Below are positions 15,855 to 22,781 of a DNA stretch of 32,000 nt, in pieces. Numbering within the stretch: position 1 is the stretch's first letter; every line of letters starts with the position of its first letter. The notes beneath the pieces are model-generated. The model saw nothing but the letters and a program-made list of their open reading frames with translations, was not told where the DNA came from and did not search any database. The stretch comes from an uncultured Actinomycetes bacterium (GTDB taxonomy: Bacteria; Actinomycetota; Actinomycetes; S36-B12; CAIYMF01). The stretch spans positions 1,950,001 to 1,982,000 of the forward strand of contig CAWJMG010000003.1 in assembly GCA_963843975.1 (NCBI GenBank), given 5' to 3'. Position numbers and translations under genes: made by a program.

Positions 15855-17000
15855 TCAGAGGGCGGCGAGCGTGGTCGCGGCCGGGGGCTGCCAGACGACG
15901 GGGAGTCCGTGGGGCGGCGTGTCGGCGAGGACGGTGGGCGCGCCCGCCGCCAGCCCGGCGAGCGGACCGGACGGTGGCGCCGGCCACCAGCGCGTGATGA
16001 CGGCGAAGGACATGCCGAGGAGGTCGCCGAGGTGCTCGCGCGCGACGTGCACCACCGGAGCCGCGGGAGTGGCCGTCGAGGCGAGGGCCTGGAACGCCAC
16101 CTCGGCGCGGGCCCGCTCAGCTGCGTCGAGGTAGATCCAGGTCACCGAGTGGAACACCACGAGTGTCGTACCCGGTTGCGGCACAAGGGATTCCAGATGG
16201 TCGACAAGATCGCTGCGGACCAGCTCGACCGGCACCTCGCCGGCCAGCTCGTACGACGCCCGCAGCCGCTCGAACCGCTCTGTCTGGTCGGGCCACACGT
16301 ACGACGTCAGGTGCAGGCGGCCCTCGGTGGTCGTGACGTCGACGGGGGCGAGGTCGACGGCGACCCGCTCGACGACCTCGACCGCAGCGGCGGGCGGCAG
16401 CGGCTCGCCCTCCCACGCGTCCTCGAGGACGAGCGGTGATCCCCCGGGCCCGGTCTCGCCGCCGAGCCACGTGATCCGGGCACGGTCGGCCAGCAGGTTG
16501 AGCCCGGCCGACGCCCCGAGCTCGTGCACCCGCACCGGCAGCCCGTACGCCGCGGCCACGTGCGCGAGGACGCCGGCCAGGGAGGCCGCCCGTCCGGGGT
16601 CGTTGGTCTGCGGCGGCGACGCTAGCAGCGCCGGGAGGCGGTCGGCCTCCCCCGTCACGGCGTCGACCCACGCCTCGAAGCAGGCAGTGCGGCCAGCAGC
16701 GTCGACTGGCGCGGTGCCGCCGACCGACGGGAACCACAGAGCGAGTGCGGGCGCCCGCCGCTCGAGCACCGCGCGATGGGCGGCGCCGAGGACGCGCAGG
16801 GGGATGAGGTCGCCGTCGCGCGCATCGGCCCACCGCTCGAGAACCTGGGTGAGTGCACCGCCAGCGGCGAGGTGCAGCGAGGCCGCCCGGCAGATCTCGC
16901 CGTACAGCGGCGAGCCGTTCTCGCGGCACGCGCGCGACTGGCGCGCGAACTGCGCCGCGAGGCCGCTGCGGTCCTCGTAGCCCGCCGCGTCGTCGCTCAT
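15855..17000 (-). CDS. DUF2332-family protein
   Basis: 381 aa starting at ATG 17000 (MSDDAAGYEDRSGLAAQFARQSRACRENGSPLYGEICR...). This matches my recollection of the DUF2332 N-terminus (F..q......SPLY). The ORF-track 585-aa version runs through the upstream gene in another frame. Confidence 0.7.
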   Translation of the reverse strand: MSDDAAGYEDRSGLAAQFARQSRACRENGSPLYGEICRAASLHLAAGGALTQVLERWADARDGDLIPLRVLGAAHRAVLERRAPALALWFPSVGGTAPVDAAGRTACFEAWVDAVTGEADRLPALLASPPQTNDPGRAASLAGVLAHVAAAYGLPVRVHELGASAGLNLLADRARITWLGGETGPGGSPLVLEDAWEGEPLPPAAAVEVVERVAVDLAPVDVTTTEGRLHLTSYVWPDQTERFERLRASYELAGEVPVELVRSDLVDHLESLVPQPGTTLVVFHSVTWIYLDAAERARAEVAFQALASTATPAAPVVHVAREHLGDLLGMSFAVITRWWPAPPSGPLAGLAAGAPTVLADTPPHGLPVVWQPPAATTLAAL

Positions 17001-17011
17001 CGCGGTGGGGC

Positions 17012-17563
17012 TCAGCCCTGCTGGTCGGATGCGGGAGAAGCGTCGGCGGCGGCCGGCGCCTCCTCGGGCAGCGCCGGCGGCCACGTGGGCGCAAGGCCCA
17101 GGATCCTGCGGGCGTCGACCAGCACGTCCTGCGCGCACAGCACGTCGTAACGCGCGGCCTGCAGCTGCTGGCGGGAGACGAAGTCGCGCTTCCCGCCGGT
17201 GAAGGCGTACGACACCATGCCGAACACGATCCCCGCGGCCGCGCCGTAGAGCACGCCGAGGCCGAACAGCCGGAGCACGTCGCCGTTCGATGTGCCGAAC
17301 AGCGCGATGAACAGGCCGATGAGGCCGCCGAACCAGGCGCCGGAGAACAGGCCCGAGGTCGCAGCGCGTCCCCACGACATGCGGCCGAGGACCGACTCGA
17401 CGATGCGGACGTCGACGCCCACGATCGCGACGTTCTGCACGGGGAAACCGTTGTCGGACAGCGTGTCGACAGCCTTCTGCGCGTCGAGGTAGTCCTCGTA
17501 CGTCGCCAGCACGGGACGCTTGGTGACGTCGACGCCGATGGGTGCTCGAGAGGTTCCGCTCAT
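17012..17563 (-). CDS. membrane protein with an N-terminal YflT/general-stress-17M-like domain
   Basis: 183 aa. VLATYEDYLDAQKAVDTLSDNGFPVQNVAIVGVDVR is followed by two Gly-rich TM segments (GLFSGAWFGGLIGLFIALFG, LGVLYGAAAGIVFGMVSYAF). The stop is 11 nt before the DUF2332 start. Confidence 0.65.
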   Translation of the reverse strand: MSGTSRAPIGVDVTKRPVLATYEDYLDAQKAVDTLSDNGFPVQNVAIVGVDVRIVESVLGRMSWGRAATSGLFSGAWFGGLIGLFIALFGTSNGDVLRLFGLGVLYGAAAGIVFGMVSYAFTGGKRDFVSRQQLQAARYDVLCAQDVLVDARRILGLAPTWPPALPEEAPAAADASPASDQQG

Positions 17564-17569
17564 GCCTCG

Positions 17570-17575
17570 ACCCTA
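17570..17575 (-). promoter_or_regulatory. candidate -10 hexamer TAGGGT, 6 nt upstream of ATG 17563 (leaderless-type)
   Basis: The minus strand reads GACG-TAGGGT-CGAGGC-ATG, directly downstream of the ACAD terminator hairpin. Confidence 0.3.
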
Positions 17576-17594
17576 CGTCCCCACCGGGAAACCA

Positions 17595-17626
17595 GCGGGC
17601 CCGGACCGACAACGGTCCGGGCCCGC
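17595..17626 (-). terminator. stem-loop downstream of the acyl-CoA dehydrogenase gene
   Basis: GCGGGCCCGGACCG-acaa-CGGTCCGGGCCCGC forms a perfect 14-bp stem, 16 nt after the ACAD stop. It is followed on the minus strand by TGGTTTCCC. Confidence 0.7.
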
Positions 17627-17642
17627 AGGCGATGAGATGCGT

Positions 17643-18845
17643 CTAGGCGCGCTTGTAGTCCTCGAGGAGGCGGCGGCCGATGATCATGCGCTGGATGTCG
17701 GCGGTGCCCTCGCCGATGAGCAGCATCGGGGCCTCGCGGTAGAGGCGCTCGATCTCGTACTCCTTGGCGTAGCCGTAGCCGCCGTGGATGCGGAACGAGT
17801 CCTCGACGACCTCCTTGGCGGTCTCGGACGCGAGGTACTTGGCCATGCCGGCCTCGAGGTCGTTGCGCTCGCCGGAGTCCTTCTTGCGGGCGGCGGCGAC
17901 CATCATCTTGTGCGCGGCCTCGACCTTGACGGCCATGTCGGCGAGGCGGAAGAGCACGGCCTGGTGGTCGGCGATCTGCTTGCCGAAGGTCTGGCGCTGC
18001 TGGGCGTAGTCGATGCCGAGCTCGAACGCGCGGATCGCGATTCCGCAGCCGCGGGCGGCGACGTTGACGCGGCCCACCTCGACGCCGTCCATCATCTGGT
18101 AGAAGCCGCGACCCGGTGCCCCGCCCAGGATCGCGGTCTCGGGCAGGCGCAGGCCGTCCATGATCAGCTCGGTCGTGTCGACGCCCTTGTAGCCCATCTT
18201 GTCGATCTTCCCGGGGATGGTGAGCCCGGGGCGCACCTCGCCGAAGCCCGCGGGCTTCTCGACCAGGAACGTCGTCATCTTCTTGTAGACGCTCGAGCCC
18301 TCCTCGGCTTCGCCGTCGGTGCGCACCAGCACCGCCGTCAGCGTGGAGGAGCCGCCGTTCGTCAGCCACATCTTCTGGCCGGTGAGCACGAACTCGTCGC
18401 CGTCGCGGACCGCCTTCGAGCGGATCGCCGCGACGTCGGACCCGCAGTGCGGCTCCGACATCGAGAACGAGCCCCGCACCTCACCGGTCGCCATCCGCGG
18501 CAGGTAGTGCGCCTTCTGCTCCTCGGTGCCGTGCTGCATCACCATGTACGCGACGATGAAGTGCGTGTTGATGATCCCGCTGACCGACATCCAGCCGCGC
18601 GCGATCTCCTCCACGCACAGCGCATACGTCAGCAGCGACTCGCCCAGGCCGCCGTACTCCTCCGGGATCATCAGCCCGAAGATCCCCATCTCCTTCATCT
18701 GCTCGACGATGGCGGTGGGGTACTCGTCCGCGTGCTCGAGCTCCTGCGCGACCGGGATGATCTCCTTGTCCACGAACTCGCGGACGGCGGTCAGGATCTC
18801 CGACTGGATCTCGGTCAGGTCCTCGGTCTGGGCCAGGCGGGCCAT
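17643..18845 (-). CDS. acyl-CoA dehydrogenase
   Basis: 400 aa with a typical ACAD layout: EYGGLG, GSFSMSEPHCGSDVAAI, KMWLTNGG and C-terminal RIHGGYGYAKEYEIERLYREAPMLLIGEGTADIQ. ATG 18845 lies 1 nt after the TGA of the upstream CitE-like gene, with GGAGG inside that gene's 3' end. Confidence 0.92.
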   Translation of the reverse strand: MARLAQTEDLTEIQSEILTAVREFVDKEIIPVAQELEHADEYPTAIVEQMKEMGIFGLMIPEEYGGLGESLLTYALCVEEIARGWMSVSGIINTHFIVAYMVMQHGTEEQKAHYLPRMATGEVRGSFSMSEPHCGSDVAAIRSKAVRDGDEFVLTGQKMWLTNGGSSTLTAVLVRTDGEAEEGSSVYKKMTTFLVEKPAGFGEVRPGLTIPGKIDKMGYKGVDTTELIMDGLRLPETAILGGAPGRGFYQMMDGVEVGRVNVAARGCGIAIRAFELGIDYAQQRQTFGKQIADHQAVLFRLADMAVKVEAAHKMMVAAARKKDSGERNDLEAGMAKYLASETAKEVVEDSFRIHGGYGYAKEYEIERLYREAPMLLIGEGTADIQRMIIGRRLLEDYKRA

Positions 18846-18846
18846 C

Positions 18847-19825
18847 TCACGCCTCCGGTGCTTCGAACGACTTCGTGCGGGCCATGCCGGCCGCGCGACC
18901 CTTGGCCGAGATCACGAGCGCCATCTTGCGGCTGGCCTCGTCGATCATCTCGTCGCCGAGCATGACCGCACCTCGGGCGCCGCCCTCGGCGGAGGTGTAG
19001 TAGTCGTACGCGTCGAGGATCAGCTCGGCGTGGTCGTAGTCCTCCTGCCGCGGCGAGTAGACCTCGTTGGCGGCGTCGACCTGGCCGGGGTGCAGCACCC
19101 ACTTGCCGTCGAAGCCCAGTGCCGCGGACCGGCCCGCCACGCGCTTGTAGCCCTCGACGTCCTTGATCTGCAGGTACGGCCCGTCGATCGCCAGCTTGTC
19201 GTACGCGCGGGCCGCCATGAGGATCTGCATCAGGATGTAGTGGTACGCGTCGCCGACGTCGTAGCCCTGCGGCTGCTCGCCGACCACCAGCGACTTCATG
19301 TTGATGCTCGCCATGAAGTCGGCCGGGCCGAAGATGATCGTCTCGACCCGCGTGCGAGGCCGCGGCGATCGCGTTGACGTTGGTGAGGCCGAGGGCGTTC
19401 TCGATCTGCGCCTCGATGCCGATGCGGCCGACCTCGAAGCCCATCGTCTTCTCGATCTGCGTCAGCAGCAGGTCCAGCGCGACGACCTGCTCGGCCGTCT
19501 GCACCTTCGGCAGCATGATGCAGTCGAGGTTCTGGCCGGCGTTCTCCACGACCTCGACGACGTCGCGGTAGGTCCAGTGCGTCGTCCAGTCGTTCACGCG
19601 GACCGTGCGCACCTTGCCGTCGTACCCGCCCTCGTTCAGCGCGGCCACGATGTTCTTGCGCGCGTCGGGCTTGGCGAGGGGCGCGACGGCGTCCTCGATG
19701 TCCATGAAGACCTGGTCCGCAGGCAGGCCCTTGGCCTTCTCCAGCATCTTCGGCGAGGAACCGGGCACGGCCAGGTTCGAGCGGCGGGATCGCAGAACGC
19801 GGGCGGGGTAGCTCATGGAGGCCAC
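18847..19825 (-). pseudogene. CitE/HpcH-family (malyl-CoA-lyase-like) gene interrupted by a +1-nt frameshift at about 19346-19354
   Basis: The N-terminal 158 codons (frame of ATG 19825: ...RSNLAVPGSSPKMLEKA...DIEDAV...IEAQIENALGLTNVNAIAAAS) and the C-terminal part (frame of stop 18847: RVETIIFGPADFMASINMK...GFDGKWVLHPGQV...) are both CitE-like but offset by one nucleotide. The total span of 979 nt equals 3n+1. Deleting one C of CCC 19347-19349, or T19353, restores a 325-aa ORF. Confidence 0.8.
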
Positions 19826-19876
19826 GCTACGAGCGGGATGTACCTCCGCGCGCGACGGGGGTGAGTGATCGGTAAC

Positions 19877-20806
19877 TCAGATCGGGGGCGACTCGACCGG
19901 GACGCGGCGGTCGCCTGCGCGGATGACGAGCACGAGCCCCGCGAAGAGCAGGACGAGCGCCGGGAGGATCGCCAGCGGAGGCACCTGGCCGAGCCAGACG
20001 GCCGCGATGAGGGTCGCGCCCGGCATCTCGAACAGGATCGCGAGGCTCGTCACGGTCGCCGACGTGGTGCGCAGCACCCGGTTGATGAGCGTGTGCCCGA
20101 GCAGCTGGGCGCCGGCGGTGAGCGCGAGGATCAACCACCAGTCGTTGGCCGAGTAGCCCCAGAGCGCCGAGCCGAAGAGCAGGCAGAGCGGCAGCAGGCC
20201 CGCTGCCGAGGTGCCGTAGGCGAGCGAGGTGTAGACCGGCGTCGACACCGTCTGCCGCGCCTTCTCCCCAGTCGTCACGTACGCCGCCGCCAGCACAGCA
20301 CCCGCGAGCGCGAGGACGTCGCCGATCAGGTTGCGCGGGTCGAGCGAGAAGTCGATGCCCGTCAGCACGAGGACGCCGACCAGCGAGATCGCGATGCCGA
20401 CCCACACCCGGCGGTCGACGTACGCCCCCTGGGCCCTGGCCATGAGGGCGGCCCACACCGGCTGGGTGGCCACGAGGGCCGTGGACGCCGCGACCGAGGT
20501 GAAGCGCAGGCTCGGCACCCAGGTGGCGAAGTGCGCGGCGAGGAAGAGACCGGCCGTGATGGTCCAGCGCCACTCCTGGCGGCTCAGCCCGCGCAGCTCG
20601 GCGCGGTGACGGGCCCCGACCCAGAGCAGCGTGACGCCGCCTCCGAGCACGCAGCGCCACAGCGCGATGGCGAGTGCGGGGGCTGCGATCGCCGCGATGA
20701 TCGGGCCCGACGTCGAGATCGCGACGACGGCGACGGCCATGAGCGCGAGGTCGCCGGCCGGGGGCCGGGAGATCGCGTTCGCGCGCACGTCGGCGGCCTC
20801 GGTCAT
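19877..20806 (-). CDS. EamA/DMT-superfamily transporter
   Basis: About 309 aa with ten hydrophobic segments in two repeats, matching the pattern typical of EamA-domain permeases. I preferred ATG 20806 (MTEAADV...) over the TTG at 20818. Confidence 0.8.
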   Translation of the reverse strand: MTEAADVRANAISRPPAGDLALMAVAVVAISTSGPIIAAIAAPALAIALWRCVLGGGVTLLWVGARHRAELRGLSRQEWRWTITAGLFLAAHFATWVPSLRFTSVAASTALVATQPVWAALMARAQGAYVDRRVWVGIAISLVGVLVLTGIDFSLDPRNLIGDVLALAGAVLAAAYVTTGEKARQTVSTPVYTSLAYGTSAAGLLPLCLLFGSALWGYSANDWWLILALTAGAQLLGHTLINRVLRTTSATVTSLAILFEMPGATLIAAVWLGQVPPLAILPALVLLFAGLVLVIRAGDRRVPVESPPI

Positions 20807-20880
20807 GCGCACATCCAACCGCTCGCGCGTCGCGCGGTTACGAGGAGGGTGGAGCGCGCCGCGGCAGATACCCTGCGGAC

Positions 20881-22164
20881 ATGAGCGGAGCGCCGACGAG
20901 GGTCTTCATCGCCCGCCTCGCCGGCATCGCGGTCTTCGACCCCCGCGGGGACCAGGTCGGCAAGGTGCGCGACGTCGTCGTCACGCTCCGGCACGGCAGC
21001 AACGCCCCCCGCGTGCTCGGCCTCGTCGTCGAGGTGCAGCCCCGCCGCCGAATCTTCTGCCCGATGACCCGCGTCACGAACATCAGCGAGGGCGCCGTCG
21101 TCACGACCGGCCTGCTCAACATGCGCCGGTTCGAGCAGCGGCCGTCCGAGACCCTCGTGCTGTCCGAGCTGTTCGACAAGCGGGTGACGCTCCTCGAGAC
21201 CGGCGAGCAGGTCACGGTGCAGGACGTCGGGATCCGCCAGGAGCGCACCCGCGACTGGTCGGTCGAGAAGATCTTCGTCCGCAAGGGCGGCAGCGGCTTC
21301 CGTCGTCGCGGCGAGACCGTCGTCGTCGAGTGGGACGCCGTCTCCGGCCTGACGCTGCCCGATCCCGAGCAGGGTGTCGTCAGCCTGCTCGCGACGGTCG
21401 AGAAGCTCCGCGCGGCCGACCTCGCCAACGTCATGCAGGAGCTGACGCCCAAGCGCCGCATCGAGCTCGCCGCCGCCCTCGACGACGAGAAGCTGGCCGA
21501 CGTCCTCGAGGAGCTGCCCGAGGACGACCGCGTCGAGATCGTCGCCGCGCTCGAGGGCGAGCGCGCCGCCGACGTCCTCGAGGAGATGGACCCGGCCGAC
21601 GCCGCCGACCTGCTGTCCGAGCTGCCGCCCGAGACGGCCGAGGCGATCCTGTCGCTCGTCGAGCCCGAGGACGCCGAGGACCTGCGCCGCCTGCTCAGCT
21701 ACGACGACTACACCGCCGGCGGCATGATGACGCCGGAGCCGGTGATCCTGCCGCCCGACTCCACCGTCGCCGAGGCGCTCGCGCGCGTGCGCGACCAGGA
21801 CCTCTCCCCCGCGCTGGCCGCACAGGTGTACGTCGTTCGGGCGCCGTTCGAGACGCCGACCGGCAAGTACCTCGGGGTCGCGCACTTCCAGCGCCTGCTC
21901 CGCGAGCCTCCGTCGAGCCTCGTGTCCGCCGTCCTCGACGACGCCCTGGAGCCCATCGGCCCCGAGGCGCCGCTGAGCCAGGTGACCCGCTACTTCGCGA
22001 CGTACAACCTCGTCGCGATCCCGGTGGTCGACGAGAACGACCACCTGCTCGGAGCGATCACGGTCGACGACGTCATCGACCACATGCTCCCCGAGAACTG
22101 GCGCGACGCCGACAACGACCCGGACGCCACGCACGACGAGGAGGAGGTGACCCATGGCGCGTGA
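20881..22164 (+). CDS. soluble MgtE-like sensor protein: PRC-barrel-like N-terminus, MgtE N-domain and CBS pair, with no membrane domain
   Basis: 427 aa. An acidic helical repeat (LRAADLANVMQELTPKRRIELAAALDDEKLADVLEELPEDDRVEIVAAL...AADLLSELPPETAEAIL) resembles the MgtE N-domain. It is followed by two CBS-like units (MTPEPVILPPDSTVAEAL...; LVAIPVVDENDHLLGAITVDDVIDHM). No TM segment is present. Confidence 0.8.
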   Translation: MSGAPTRVFIARLAGIAVFDPRGDQVGKVRDVVVTLRHGSNAPRVLGLVVEVQPRRRIFCPMTRVTNISEGAVVTTGLLNMRRFEQRPSETLVLSELFDKRVTLLETGEQVTVQDVGIRQERTRDWSVEKIFVRKGGSGFRRRGETVVVEWDAVSGLTLPDPEQGVVSLLATVEKLRAADLANVMQELTPKRRIELAAALDDEKLADVLEELPEDDRVEIVAALEGERAADVLEEMDPADAADLLSELPPETAEAILSLVEPEDAEDLRRLLSYDDYTAGGMMTPEPVILPPDSTVAEALARVRDQDLSPALAAQVYVVRAPFETPTGKYLGVAHFQRLLREPPSSLVSAVLDDALEPIGPEAPLSQVTRYFATYNLVAIPVVDENDHLLGAITVDDVIDHMLPENWRDADNDPDATHDEEEVTHGA

Positions 22165-22720
22165 CCGCGACGAGCGCCGCGGGCCGCGCCTCGACCAGCC
22201 GTCCGAGCGCGGGGTCTCGCTGCGCCCGTCGGTCGACCCCGAGCGCGTGGGCCGCGTCAGCGAGCGCATCGCCCGCTTCCTCGGCTCCTGGCGCTTCATC
22301 GGCTACATGTCGGCGTTCATCATCATCTGGGTCGTCTACAACCTCGGGCCGTGGACCAAGCCCGACCCGTTCCCGTTCATCTTCCTCACGCTGCTGCTGT
22401 CGCTGCAGGCGTCGTACGCCGCGCCCCTGATCCTGCTCGCGCAGAACAGGCAGGCCGACCGCGACCGCATCCAGTACCAGGACGATCGCGCCCGGACCGA
22501 CCGGCTCATCGCGGACACCGAGTACCTCATGCGCGAGGTCGCGTCCCTGCGCGTGGCCCTCGGCGAGGTCGCCACCCGCGACTACATCCGCAGCGAGCTG
22601 CGCGACCTCCTCGACGACCTCGACGAGCGCGAGCACAAGCAGCGGGCCAAGAAGAAGAAGGCCGGCAAGCCCGAGCTCGGCGAGGCCACCGAGGCCGAGG
22701 CCGACCTCGACGTGGTGTGA
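22154..22720 (+). CDS. DUF1003-family membrane protein
   Basis: 188 aa. RFLGSWRFIGYMSAFIIIWVVYN...PFPFIFLTLLLSLQASYAAPLILLAQNRQADRD is the DUF1003 signature as I recall it, followed by a coiled-coil/basic tail. ATG 22154 overlaps the upstream gene by 11 nt and is preceded by GAGGAGG (22141-22147). Confidence 0.8.
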   Translation: MARDRDERRGPRLDQPSERGVSLRPSVDPERVGRVSERIARFLGSWRFIGYMSAFIIIWVVYNLGPWTKPDPFPFIFLTLLLSLQASYAAPLILLAQNRQADRDRIQYQDDRARTDRLIADTEYLMREVASLRVALGEVATRDYIRSELRDLLDDLDEREHKQRAKKKKAGKPELGEATEAEADLDVV

Positions 22721-22739
22721 CACGCACGACGTACCCCGC

Positions 22740-22758
22740 CCGGACGCTCAACGTCCGG
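22740..22758 (+). terminator. weak stem-loop after the DUF1003 gene
   Basis: CCGGACG-ctcaa-CGTCCGG forms a 7-bp stem 20 nt after the stop, with no U-tract. Confidence 0.3.
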
Positions 22759-22781
22759 CCAGAACTGCCGATGCCCTCTGA

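Noticed and set aside
15855-17612. The 585-aa ORF-track version of the DUF2332 gene. Other long N-terminal extensions include 796 for GntR, 5336 for the hydrolase, 8168 for the helicase, 11070 for parA, 10965 for the second hydrolase, 29105 for htrA and 31768 for the anti-sigma gene.
   Set aside because: The extensions overlap neighbouring real genes or are Arg/Pro/Ser-rich. Internal ATG/GTG codons with an SD or a stop-start overlap give proteins of family-typical length.
19346-19354. Programmed ribosomal frameshifting as an explanation for the citE-like and lmeA-like (29687-29692) frame changes.
   Set aside because: Both need a +1 shift, but neither site has a slippery X-XXY-YYZ heptamer in the correct phase, a prfB-like stop context, or an obvious stimulatory SD or structure. 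A simple 1-nt indel at a C/G run (real or sequencing-derived) is the more economical explanation.
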